Shown: one piece after another, positions 12,501-25,359 of the stretch
Layout of the letters: every line of letters begins with the position of its first letter
Position numbering within the stretch: the first letter of the stretch is position 1
Assembly (NCBI GenBank): GCA_050084985.1
Contig: JBITNC010000001.1
Span: 72,788,001-72,852,000 of the forward strand
From: Nageia nagi
Lineage: Eukaryota > Plantae > Pinophyta
DNA: 64,000 nt
Direction of reading: 5' to 3'
Program-made: the position numbers and the translations under genes
The notes under the pieces: model-generated
Told to the model about the DNA's origin: nothing
Database searches by the model: none
The model's input: the letters and a program-made list of their open reading frames with translations, nothing else

Positions 12501-14741
12501 ATGCTAATCATATCATGAAATATCTAGGGCTACAACTTACCTAGAAAAAAAAAAGCTGTGAGGAACTTATGTAGAAACATAAACCAAATATCCTAATTTT
12601 GCAAGAGACTAAACTTAAAGATTTTCAGCAAGACACCTTCAAGCATAAAAGTTGGAGAAATTTAGGTCTAGAAAATATAAATGCAATGGGGAGGGTAGGG
12701 GGATTTATGTTAATATTCAAAGACTATTATGTGATTCAAGATTATGCATTAAAGTTAAAGTGGAATGTATCCAAAGTAAGTTTTCCTTTATTTTGTCAAA
12801 TATATATGCTCCTAATGTGCTTAGTGAAAGGAAAAGATTCTAGGATTTCCTTAAGAGGCATAGATGAAGTTTTGGTGATGAATGGTGGCTTATTTGTGTG
12901 TATTTCAACTCTCCCTTAAAACTAAAAGAAAATATAGAGGGTGGATCAATCTAACATAAGGAATGATATATTTAAAAGACTTTCTCAATGATGAAAAGTT
13001 GATTGATCTACCTTTGAAGGGTCACAAATACACCTTGTATAATAGAAGGATTGGGAAAATTTTTATCCAAAGAAGGTTATACAAGATGGTTTGCTTAATA
13101 TATGTATCAAAATTTTGACCTTACTTCTCTATAAAGGTTTTGTTTAGACCACTATCCTTTAAAATTAAATATGGACCCAAGACAGAAAAATAATGCCCCA
13201 TTTAGATTTGAATTTATAGGGATGACCCATCCAGAGTTCAAAGAAAACTTTAAAATTTGATGGAATCAAAATATTAAAGGAACAACCATGTTTAGAGTGC
13301 ATCATAAATTAAAGGATATTAAAGGTAAGCTTAAAAATGGAATAGGTAAGTTTTTGGAAATCTAGAAGGGAGGAAAAAAGTAATTGAAGAGGAAATGGAT
13401 TTAATATAGCATAATATTCTTAGGAATGGGAGCATTGTAGAGTTAGATAGAAAAGAAAAAGAGTTTATGGAAATTTTTTACAATATTATAACACAAGAGG
13501 AGATGCATTGGAGGAAAAAATTGAGTATGTCTTGGCTCAAGGATGGAGATGGAAACACAAATTTCTTCAAAACCATGACATTTTAAAGAAGAAGCTGTAA
13601 TGAGATAACTGAGCTAAAGAAAATGAATGGATGTATGACTAAGAATGAGAATGATATCAAATAGGAAGTAACCAATTTATACAAAACTTTAATTAGTAAG
13701 GACCAAAACCAAAATAGAGTATCTATTAGAAAGATTTTAGAGCACATCCTAAGGATTATCAATCAAGAAGTAAATAAAAAACTAATAGCAAAAATATCAA
13801 AATAAGAGGTGAGAAACACCCTATTCTCAATACAAAGATACAAGGCCTCGAGGTTAGATGGATTCCCTATAGGATTTTTCCAAGATAATTGGGATATCAT
13901 TGGAAATGAAGTGGTAGAGGCAGTTGCAAAGTTATTTAAAAAAGGTAAGATATTAAAAGCCTAGAACTATAATTTTATTTCACTCACACCAAAAGTATCT
14001 ACTACCAAAGAACTAAAATACTATATACCTGTAAGTAAATACAATGTTCTTTATAATATTCTAACCAAAATCCTAGAAGATAGACTTAAAGGTATACTCC
14101 CTAGCATAATTTCAAAATAATAGTATGAATTTGTCAAAATAAGACAAATTGTCGATGGTATTATCCTTTTGTATGAATTGCTACACTTTATAAAATTCAA
14201 GGAGGAAATGACATTGATTAAGCTAGATATGGAGAAAGCTTATGATATGGCTAATTGGTTTTTTCTTGATAAAATATTGGACAAGTTTGGCATTGATTCA
14301 ATAATGTATTTCTACCCCTAAGTTCTTGGTCCTAGTTAATGGAGAACCTATAGTCTATTTTAGCTCAAAAAGAGGTCTTCAACATGGATACCCAATCTCT
14401 CCTTACTTTTTTATCATAATGGACAAAGCTCTAGGAAGAACTTTAAAGTATGCACAATAAGAAGGTATTATAATAGGTTCTAAACTAACAACATTGAGTA
14501 CACCAATAACACACCATCAATTTGTTGATGAAATAATTCTAATAGGGAAAGCATATAAGAAGGAAGCAAGGAATTTCAAAAATATCCTAAGAGTTTTTAA
14601 GAAAGCATCACACCAAAGGATCAATATGCAAAAAATATAGCTATTTATGCCTTTTTCAAGTGTTAAAAAATAAAAAAGAATTACCAAAATATTTGGTTGC
14701 AAAATTGGGAAACTTCTTAGAAAATACTTAGGAATTCCTCG
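12501..14741 (+). pseudogene. LINE ORF2 (APE endonuclease plus reverse transcriptase), disrupted
   Basis: MLIIS*NI start, LQETK, SNIYAPN, PFRFE, WLKDGDGNTNFF, LDGFP, IKLDMEKAYD, RGLQHGYPISPYFF, HQFVDE, KYLGIP. Confidence 0.9.
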
Positions 14742-15658
14742 TGTAGACACCTAAAATTGACCTTCATTTGAAATTAGAATGGAAAGGGAATAAAAAATTA
14801 ACATTTATTATAAAAATTATACTAAATTATCAATTAGTGACAATTAACACTAGTCACCAATGACTCAAACCAATCATCAATATCCAATACCCAATCATCA
14901 ATGACCTGATACTTAGGTAGGCTAAAAATAGATGATGTGCTTGAACTGATTTGCTCCTCAAAATTATTGAATTTTGAGTGAGTTATGGTTATCTTGTAAT
15001 GGTGTGTACAAAATCATGGATATTTTGGACTTAGATGAGCTCTTGAGCTAGGTTGTTAGCACCTAAAATGAAAATCTAACAAACTCAAAAAGCTATAAAT
15101 TAGACCTTTAGCAATGGAGATAGGGACCCAAATTTGAAGTACTATTACTCTACCAAAATTCATTTTGAGCTTATGTGAAGTTGAGTACCTTGATTATATA
15201 CTTGTTCATATATTTTAGTATAATATTTAATGATGTTTTTAAGTGAATAGGTATGTTTGATGTGTTATTTTGGTATGTGTATAGGATCCATAGGTGCTAA
15301 AATGGGAAGTACTAAAGGTACATTATGGCAAGAACTAATGAGAATAAAGAATTAAACTAAGATGAAGTAGAAGAGAATATTCATCAAAATCAAGTTCCAA
15401 CATTAGAAACACCAGCAATTGAGGTCAGATGCTAATGATTTAAACTAGATGTTGGAGACTACATTATGATCATCGGTGACTTTGTAAAAGCCTAAGGAGG
15501 CTAAAAATACCAATTTTGTAAAATCCATTCAAGCAAGGTGATGAATATAAAAATTCTTTTTGTAACATTTGTGGTCGCTTAAGTGAGTAGTAAAATACAT
15601 ATTCATATTTAATATGTATTTATCATGTTTGCTACTAGGTTACTATTTTGGATCAACA
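14742..15658 (+). repeat. 5' LTR of element B (917 bp)
   Basis: TGTAGACACC...GGATCAACA termini, followed after 3 nt by the PBS. Confidence 0.85.
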
Positions 15659-15661
15659 TTT

Positions 15662-15678
15662 TGGTGCTAGAAGGAGGG
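15662..15678 (+). promoter_or_regulatory. Primer-binding site, tRNA-Asn(GTT)
   Basis: TGGTGCTAGAAGGAGGG versus TGGCGCTAGAAGGAGGG (complement of the plant tRNA-Asn 3' end); one CpG transition. Confidence 0.85.
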
Positions 15679-17329
15679 CCTCACATACTGACAAGAAATG
15701 ATTGAGCATAAGCGGTTCTTGGTTCTTTTAACAATCTTATTTTTGTTCTATATATTATGGTTTTAGATTTTGATTAATATTATTTTGGTTGTTCTATGTT
15801 TTTCTAGGATCATTGTCAGAATCTCCAACAATTTGGTATAACATGCTAGCAATTGAATTGGAATGTCAATGATTGGAATAGAATGCTACCATTTTATAAA
15901 AAGATGTAGGATCCATAACTTTCATAAAATACAACAAGTGCAATGTAGGAATCTAATATGAAAATGGGAATGAACCTTTTATTTATGATCCCTTTGCTCA
16001 AACTGCATGTAGGAAATGGTAGATAAAGTTAATATAGAAATGGATTTAATAATGTTATTAATTAGTTCTATAGTTTAAATTGCTTATTTTTTTGGTAGGG
16101 ATTATTGCAAAGCATTTCACCTAGGAACTTTTTCTATTCTATCCACTTATGCTCTCCCTTTGCATTGAAAAGCAATATTAGGTGATCAAAATGGATTTGA
16201 TATGAAAATAATAAATGAATCTTTATATCTAGTATATTATCACCTAATTCAGTTAAAGAATTTGAATTAAGTTACTAACACACTTGAAAGGGGTTTATTA
16301 ATCTTTGTTATATTGAAAATGAATCTAGGGTAAATAAATTAAGTTAATGATAGAATAGTACATTAAATAGTTAATGAATTGGGTGGTTGCATTCACACTA
16401 AATTACTTTTATTTAACTAATTATGCTCTCACCTTTGCACTTATGGTGATATGAAGTGATAAAAAAGTTAATTTAAAAGGGTAATAAATTTTCATTTGGT
16501 TTAACACTTACACTCACATTAATACTCTTACTTGTTTTCCCTTACCACACCAAGAGGTGATCAAAGGTTGATGTCACTCAAAAAGGAGAAAAGAACCTAC
16601 ATTTAATAAATTTACATGCATATTAAAGGCTTATTAGTCATAAGAAGAGGTAATAAATCACATTGAATTACTTCCATAGCTAGAAAGGTGAATGAACCTC
16701 ATCTAAAAGAGAGTTAAAGAATCTCATTAATTTGGTGATGAACCTCATGGGTTGATTAGATGAACACACACTAATTAAAAATATTGTTTGAATCATATTA
16801 AAAACTTCAATCAATGGACATTTATGATTTGGAGGGTTCATAATAAGCCTTAGAGCCTAATCCTAGAGATGAATACTAGGTTCACAGGTTAGAATTTGTT
16901 ACTTCCCATTAGATGAATATAAAAAAGGGAATACACTTGGATTTAATCATTGATATAGATCTTAATGGCATTCCTCAATCCCCATTTCACTAAGGGTACC
17001 ACCTTAAGTACCAAGTCATGAGTTAGCCATAGCTAGCCTCTTAGGATTACTAGCCTACCTTGATTAAATACATGACTAGACAAAATAAAGTTAGGAAAAC
17101 AAAGAAGATTAAAACATACAATTCATATCGCTCATATAATAAATATTAATTAAATTTATCAAAAAAATAAACACAATAAACACATCATAAAAATAAATAT
17201 TCATATACGATGTTTATGCATTAAATTATTTTCTCATAAACACAAATTAAAAATGTAAAAAATAATTACTATATATGATGTTTGTATTCTTTTATTATCT
17301 TTTAAGAATATAAAAAATATATAATAAAA

Positions 17330-19950
17330 CAATGGTCGAAACTCATTCTCAAAGAGCTCATCAAGAACAAGAGCCTTAAGATGAATATGAATTTGAAGAA
17401 AGAGAAGGCCTTAGATCTAGTTGGGCTCTTTTGAGAAAATAAACACCTTGATATGAAAACCCTAGGGTATAAGTAGATCATTTGGGTAATTATTTACAAG
17501 ATGTTAGACAACATTTAACATAAGTAAGGATACCTCCATCTTCACCCCATATACATAGTCTTTCTCCATATGGAAGACATTTGAGGGAAGATAAATCATA
17601 GATAATGAAAGAACCACCTAATGATGGAGAAATAAAGGTGCCTCCTTCAAGAGCACAATAAACTAATACAATAATGCAAAGGGGTCCTTTTAGGCCTAAG
17701 TATAATAGGGTTACATGATATTTTCTAGATGGGTAGTTAGTTCAATCTTACTTAAGAGAAGATTATTTTCCCTCTATAATTTTGAGACAAATGGAGGAAT
17801 TTGATGAAAAGATATATATACATTCAAAAAATCCTATACCCCAAGTGAGATATGTCTTTAAGGTATATGATAATTCTTATCATATTTTAAGATCAAATAC
17901 CCCATCTCCTTTGGTAAGAATTTAATAAATTACTCAAGGATAACCAACTCAATCAAACTTACCAAGCTTTGACCTGTAAGAAATACCTCCCTAACCTCAT
18001 AAGAAAGAATATGCACCTCAAAGAAATGTAAATCCTCAAAAGAGTGTACAACAACAAGAAAATATGCAATAACAACAACAAGTATTAGCTCAATCTAGTC
18101 AACGATTGGGAAAGCCAATAAAATTCACTGAATTTTACCAAGCATAAACTCAACCTATGCCTAATATACCTCCAAATAGGAATAGGTCAAATATTCAACA
18201 TCATTACCAAGTTCAAACTCAATTAGTTAGAAATATACCTCAAAATATGAATATATCAAATATTCAACATCAAGTTCAAGTTGGAATTGGTCAAGCTTTA
18301 CAAGTGAGTAATAAAACACCATCTAGGGCATGATCATTATCTCCTCAAAACTATGGAGTGTATAGATATCAAGATACATTTTTTGCTGAAAAAGAAAATA
18401 ATTTTGTTAAAAAAATCAAGATGAACTTCAAATATATCATCTTCCTCCATGCCAAGTTAGGAAATAAAAATATCAATTGCCTCCTAAATCACCTCGTAAA
18501 CCTCTACCACCATATAATGAAGGTTATTATAAGGCAAGGATGCCCTCAAAACATCAATATGAGCCTACTCAATGATCAAAGAAGTAAACTATCATATAGA
18601 AAAATCATATCCAATATATGAATAATATCATGGTTATTTACGTAATCAACCAATGGAGAAAGTAAAAAAAGAAAATGATGATTTATATAAAAAATTAAAA
18701 GTAGGAAAAAGATTACCTATGAAAGATAAATAAAAAATGTCTTGTGAGATAATTTGTAATGAACCAATTCACCCTAGTGTTCCAAAGAAATAAATTCCTT
18801 ATAAGTTTGAAATTCGAAACCATTTAAAGGAAAAGAATATCCTAAAGAACATCTAAGGAAATTTAAATATTCAAGTTATTTGATTTCTAATGATGATACA
18901 TCAAGGTTACATATATTTCCTATGACACTTTCTAGACAAGCAATGATTTAGTACAACAACTCACCAAAACATACCATCAACTCACTATAACATAGCATCA
19001 ACTCATACTTTCAATTAGCAAATTTGTTTCTTGAACATTTCAAAATCAACATCAAAGATAAGACCTCCATCATTGACTTCATAAGATTGCAATAATTTTT
19101 ATATGAATTTGTTAGTGATTTCATTGGATGATGGAGGGTTATGTTAACAAGTATACCTTATAATTTTCCTCAAGAAGAACTAGTTAAGTTATTTAGTCAA
19201 AGTTGCGTAAGACCTATTACTAGTACATTATTGATTCAACAACATAAAATCTTTGAAGAATCTATCTCTAAAGAGGTCATTATTGAAAAAGTTAAAATCC
19301 AAGATGGAGAGATAAAAAACTAAAAAATGAGAAGGTTACACTAAGAATAAAAATCAAATAGAATAAATAAATAAATAATTACTGACAAATAATGTTTCAA
19401 TTGTAAAAGATGTGGAGCTATCATCATCTCAAAATGTCAAAATATTTTAAGCTAAGATGAAAATATACACCTCTATCAGAATATGTATATAATATTTTGA
19501 GAAAATTATGTGATCATTAAATAATCACTTTTCCTAAAATAAGTCCAAAAAACCCTAAAAGTACGATGAATATTTCTATCATTTTCATTGATAAAAGGGT
19601 CATGATACAAACAAATATCGAAGCTTAAAAAATATTTTCCACGAATTAATTGATAATGGGAAGTTAGAAGTTAATAATCCTATACAATTCCTAAATTAAA
19701 ACTTAGGAATTTACCAAAACCCACTTCCACAACATCTAGCTAATAGCATTTCATTACATCCAAGTGAAAAGCAACATACTAAAGGAGCTAATATGATATA
19801 AATTTCATAGGAATGATAAGTGTTTCTACAAGAGCACAAAATATACAAGGGACAAAAAATGGTGTACCAAATAATCAACAAGATAAGTGTCATATGCCAT
19901 CCCACATACCCAAGACACAACCTCCTAAAGTCTTTATAAAAGGTGCTCTA
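17330..19950 (+). pseudogene. gag: Ogre/Tat gag with a long Q/N/P-rich N-terminal region, disrupted
   Basis: FKGKEYPKEHLRKF...IFPMTL; FLEHFKINI; FIG*WRVML; knuckle remnant YHFH*..GHDT..LKNIFHELIDNG; NLGIYQNPLP. Confidence 0.8.
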
Positions 19951-20789
19951 TGATAACATCTAAAAGGCTTGCAAGTAAAGTTATCATTGTTTGAGTTGTT
20001 ACAACAATCCAAAGATCATATATATACCATGAATCAAGTACTACAAATAATTTAAATAAATATTAATAATCCTAATAGTTTCACAACTTAGGTATATTCA
20101 TGGAGTAGTACATTATGTACCTAGAGATGATCATGTATATTCACATTGTAGCATTGCTTATTTACCTAATGATATAGCTTTACCATCTACTCATTTTTAT
20201 GATACATGTACCAAAGGATGAGCCATTAGTAATTAATGTCAATAGAAATTATCACACTTCATTAAATATCTTAAAAGAGAAGCAAGCTATTAATCAACCT
20301 AGATTAATTAATGATCATCAAGAAATTGATAATAGCTTACAACCAAAAATAACTATGACACCATAAGAGAGGAAAGCTTGGGAGGAAAGAGCTCATAGGC
20401 TAAATAAATTAAACAAAGCCTCTTCATCAAAGGATTCATCTCAAGTAAATATCTCATCTCAATGTAATGATGTTAAAGATTCTAAATTATTAGATATTTA
20501 TCTAGTAATAATAAATTTATCTAATTTGAGTATAGGGGAATATAAGATCAATGATGTAATATTCAATATTCCTTCCACCCAAGATATTGGATGACCTAAT
20601 GAATCACCTAGTGTAGTGGGGAAATTAGTGCCATTGGGAAGTGATTCTAATCAAACATTATTTGTATACATAGTTCCTATAGAACCAACACCAATTCCTT
20701 TACCTAAAACTAACAAAGGTGTATTTTCCAATTCATTAGAATACTTATCACCTTTCATGTGATCTTTTATCCAAAGATACTTTCATAAA

Positions 20790-20892
20790 TGTCAATGGAA
20801 AGAACATGGTTTATGTCAATATGAAAAAGGGCCTAGATACATAATTGATATTCATTATCAATTACCAAGTGATAAAATAGGTTTAAGATATA
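20790..20892 (+). other. G-patch-like segment upstream of RT
   Basis: WKEHGLCQYEKGPRYIIDI....DKIGLRY matches the W.G.GLG..EQG...PI......GLGY pattern. Confidence 0.55.
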
Positions 20893-21399
20893 CAAGAAAT
20901 AGGAAAAAAATATCCTACTATAGAAATGGTTGATAAAAAACCTTAAGTATGAAGATTTAATTCAAGACTTTGAATGGATGGCCAATCAAAGTGAAATAGA
21001 GTTAGACATATCAATACCTAAATATATATTTTGTAACATTATTTCAATTAATAATGGTAGAGATTGAAGAAATATCTGATGAAGTTTTGAAAAAACTATC
21101 TTTTGATTGGTCTATAAGTGATGAGTTTGAATCATTGAGCTTTGTTAGCTCAAATAGCTTTGCATCATATTTCATGGTTAATGAAGATATTGTAGACTTT
21201 TCACTTATTTCTAAAAATCCAATAATAAAATAATTTAAATATATAAATGTTATATTCCAAACCCTTGAATCCATCATAAATACAACCTTAATTGAGAAAT
21301 ATATTGATGAGGATGAAGAATATAACCTAGATGATAAACATTGGATTCCAATATCCAACTAATTAGAAGAAGGGTTCCACATGTTGATTGAATAAACAA

Positions 21400-23058
21400 T
21401 CAAAGTAAATTTAAGTGATGACCCTAGTAGTCCCAATATTATTCAATTAGGAAAATCCCTAAATGAAAATGAAAGAGAAATATTCACTTACATTCTTAAA
21501 GAAAAACATAAAGTATTTGCATGATCTTACATAGATATTCTTGAGTTAGATTAAAAATTAGTAGTACATAACTTAGGCCTTAAAAAGGATGCCAAACTTG
21601 TTAAAACAAAGTTACAAAAAATACATCCCATAATATCATTAATGGTAAAATAAGAATTATAAAAGCTACTTGAAGTAAAATTTATCCAACCTATTAATTA
21701 TTCTAATTGGATATCCAATATGGTTTTGATTAAAAAGCCTAATAGAAAGATTCATGTTTGTATAGATTTCAGAGATATCAATAAAGCATGTCCAAAATAT
21801 AATTTCCCACTTCCAAATATTGATAATTTGGTTTATTCTATGGTTGGACATGGAATTTTCTCACTCATGGATGGATTTTCTATATATATAATCAGATAAA
21901 AGTGGTTATAAAAGATCAACATAAAACAACATTCACCATACCTTGGGGAAGCTTTTGTTACAAAGTAATGCCCTTTGGTTTAAAGAATGTTAGGGAAACT
22001 TATTGAATATCAATGACATATATCTTCCATGACTATATACATGACATCATAGATGATTATTTGGAAGATTTATTTGCTAAATCTAAAATTGGAGAACAAT
22101 ACCTAGAAGTGCTTATAAATATCTTTGATAGGTTATTAGACATAATGTTAGACTAAATCCAAAGAAATGTGTCTTTGGAGTTACTTTAGGAAAGTTATTC
22201 GGTTTCATCATATCAAGAAGATAAATTGAAGTAGATCCCAATAAAATATTTATTCCATAGTAAATATGCCTCCTCCTTCAAATATAAAATAATTACAAGG
22301 TTTGTAAGGAAAAATACAAGTGATAGGGTACTTTATATCACAATTATCTAATAAATGCAAGCCTTTTAATGAATTGTTAAAAGAGGGAATCATTTTTCAT
22401 TAGGATAGAGAAAAATAAGAAGTGTTTGATGAAATAAAATGCTATCTTTTAACACCACCAATTTTAATCCTTCTAAGGGAAGGAGAACCATTTTTACTTT
22501 ATTCATCAACCATAGAAACTACCTTAGGCATCATGCTTGCTCAAAAGAATGAAAATAACAAGGAACATGCCATATAATATCTTATTCAGACTCTAATTGA
22601 TTATGAGATAAGATATGTATACATGGAAAATACTTAGCAATAGTTTTACAACAAAGAAAATCAAGCATTACATGCTTAACCATATGACTTATTTCATTGC
22701 TAAAGCAAATCTGTTGAAATATATGATGAATAAAACTTACCAAAATACAAGAAAATCCAAGTGGATCATGCATTTAATAGAGTTCAATTTGTAATTAATA
22801 AGTAAAAAATATATAAAATGTCAAGTTATAGTTTATTATCTTATAGAAGCACCATTGCAAGATGATAAACCTCTTACAATTGAAGTACCAAATGAACATG
22901 TCGTCCAACTAGATGAAATGGAAACTTGTGTTGATCCCAAAGAAGAATTGGATATGATAATTTACTTTTATGGTTCTCTATGTGAATAATGTGGGGGTGT
23001 AGATGTTGTATTTATTACACCAAAATGGGTACCCATATCATATTCTTTCAAATTAACT
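21400..23058 (+). pseudogene. pol: pol (RT, RNase H, start of additional RNase H), disrupted
   Basis: VFA*SY; WISNMVLIKKPNRKIHVCIDFRDINKACPKYNFPLPNID; SLMDGFS; VMPFGLKN; DYLEDL; RLNPKKCVFGV; PPILI; PFLLY. Confidence 0.92.
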
Positions 23059-23158
23059 NNNNNNNNNNNNNNNNNNNNNNNNNNNNNNNNNNNNNNNNNN
23101 NNNNNNNNNNNNNNNNNNNNNNNNNNNNNNNNNNNNNNNNNNNNNNNNNNNNNNNNNN
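23059..23158. other. Assembly gap (100 N)
   Basis: Run of 100 N; the two sides belong to different elements on opposite strands. Confidence 1.
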
Positions 23159-23199
23159 TAGCTACCCTGTCAGCAACTTCTACTAACTTATCAAGACTA

Positions 23200-24390
23200 G
23201 TTGGCATGCATTCTTCCTAGACTTCTATAGTCTATGTCTAGTCTTTCTCTAGACCTAAGGGCTATAATTGGTCATCCTTAACTTTTTTAGGCTGAAAGTG
23301 GTCCTCCCAAACTAGTTTCATAGCTTCCTCTTCAATATGTAATTCTTCATCTGCTAGAAACATCTATTATGGTCTACTGGAGACATATTATGGAGATTGC
23401 ATTCCTTGATTAGTTTCCTCCATTTAAATCTAATAATTTTACTCTTCTTGTTCCATGATTTTATGTAATCTCTTGAGTCTGCTAGACTTTTTGCTAGGAA
23501 TAATATGAGATTTTCTCTTTTCTCTTTTCTTTCCACATCTGACCACAACATCCTTTATAGCTTATAGTTTTTGTTCTTGAATTATTTTAGGGGGATATAT
23601 CATAGGGTTTTATTTATCAATATCATAATGAGGTACCATAGGGACATCTTATAGAATTTCCTCCTCATGATGGGGAACTAAAACCTCCTATCATTCTCAA
23701 ATTCTAGATGATTCTTTAATAAATTATGGGATATATACCCCCATTTGATGGACTTTAATGTCTGTACCTATAGGTATTGGTTTAGAACTATTAGATTCTT
23801 CTTCCCCTTATTTTTGGGAAATTTTCTCAACATATTTATTGATAAATTGGTCCCAAGCTACTTGCCCATTCTCCTTTCTTAGAAAGTGTTCTTTATAGAT
23901 TATTCTAATGGGTCCATGATGTTTTAGGGATAGTAATTTATTACCTTGATTTTTCTTAACTTCCTTGGACATTTTATTGAGACTTTGGTACAAGAATTAG
24001 GATAAATTACATGTTTTATATTTCTTATATCTCAATAAAATTAACAATTTTAGATGATGACCCATCAGAGTAGGGTGTTTTTCTTCATAGTTTAGATACC
24101 TCATTAGCCATTTAGCTACTAAGGCCCATTTTTTGGGTGAAGATTTCCATTTTACTCCTTGAACATCCCCATAGTGGTGTAAATTTCAGCTTTGGGTTTG
24201 TTTATGGGATAAAATCTATTAACTAAGATGAAATAATGATCCTTCCTATTTAAATCTTCCCCTATCTTAGATAATCCTATATATTCACTAATTGAGTCTA
24301 TGGTAATTGGAATAATATTTTTATTATGTAGGCATTAGTATTCAACTAATATACATTTTTTGGTTCATGTTTACACTTTCCTTCCATTGT
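23200..24390 (-). pseudogene. 3' extra (env-position) ORF of the Athila-like element
   Basis: WLMRYLNYEEKHPTLMGHHLKLLILLRY..CNLS*FLYQSLNKMS....SLKHHGPIRIIY; resembles accessory ORFs of gymnosperm Ty3 elements (recognised from memory). Confidence 0.55.
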
Positions 24391-25359
24391 TTTAGACTTC
24401 CTAATTATCTTGGAGCTTGCTTGAATAGGGCTCGAGTCAGTTCAATAGTGAAATCAACTTTTGAATGCAGTTGCTCAGTCTATTCCTTGAACCTTTGAAG
24501 TACAATGATAATGACCAATTTTCCCATGCAATATTTATTCTAGGATATAATTCAAAAGGATCTAATAGTGATAATTTTTTTCACATATCCTTTCTACCCA
24601 TGCCTTGTACTATTCTGATTGTAAAGCATTATCTTTGGAATGTGCTAAATCCCAAAGTCATATCAAAATTTATTAATTCTATTAATTTTGAAATTAAATA
24701 CATACCTTGTAATAATGTTGATGGAATTGATGGGATGGATGCAATATTTTATTATGAAATGACATGGAAGTGGTTATCATAGTATTTATTTAGCTAGATT
24801 CGAGCCACTAATAGATTTGAAGAACAAATCATCCAAAATCATCTTCGCACTACATTCCATGATGACTATGTTGGTAATCATGTTGAGGTGTCCTTCCACT
24901 ACAGGTTATGAAACTTGATGTTGCCTTGTAATCAAGGAGATTTACATAATAATCCATTCATTATAATCCATAAGGATTTTACTCTACTAACACTTGGAAA
25001 GGCTACTATTTTGAGGATAAGATTCCCAATGATATATCTCATTAGCTTTTTGGAGTTGATGTTGATCAAGTTTTTAGAGGTGGTCAAAAGAAACATTCTA
25101 GAGTTATTATTTATGTACATTCTAGAGTTCTTTTTGATGAACATTTTGGAACTCCTCAGGTTCTCATATTTCATTTTTTTTGTGCTAATTTTATTTCCAA
25201 AATTAGCCTCTTATTACTACTGCAATAAGGAAGAATATTAAAGACATGAAACTGGGGAAGATAAACCTTCCTCAATTAAGCATAGATTTGACTGTGTCAA
25301 CATTTAGTGAATTCCTCCTTATTCAAAGGCAAAGTATAAGGATGAATCCTGTATCCATT

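Larger units (their letters stand above)
11100..14741 (+). mobile_element. Degenerate L1-type LINE (ORF1 plus ORF2), cut by insertion of element B
   Basis: ORF1 with DUF4283-like and CCHC segments, then ORF2 EN-RT; the sequence stops at KYLGIP immediately before TGTAGACACC. Confidence 0.9.
14742..23058 (+). mobile_element. Element B: Tat/Ogre-lineage Ty3/gypsy retrotransposon, truncated by an assembly gap
   Basis: LTR, tRNA-Asn PBS, long 5' leader, gag, G-patch, RT, RNase H and the start of the Tat-specific second RNase H (IYFYGS, equivalent to YFDGS, at about 22960). Confidence 0.88.

Noticed and set aside
22968-23207. ORFs spanning the N run
   Set aside because: Artefacts of the 100-N gap joining unrelated elements.
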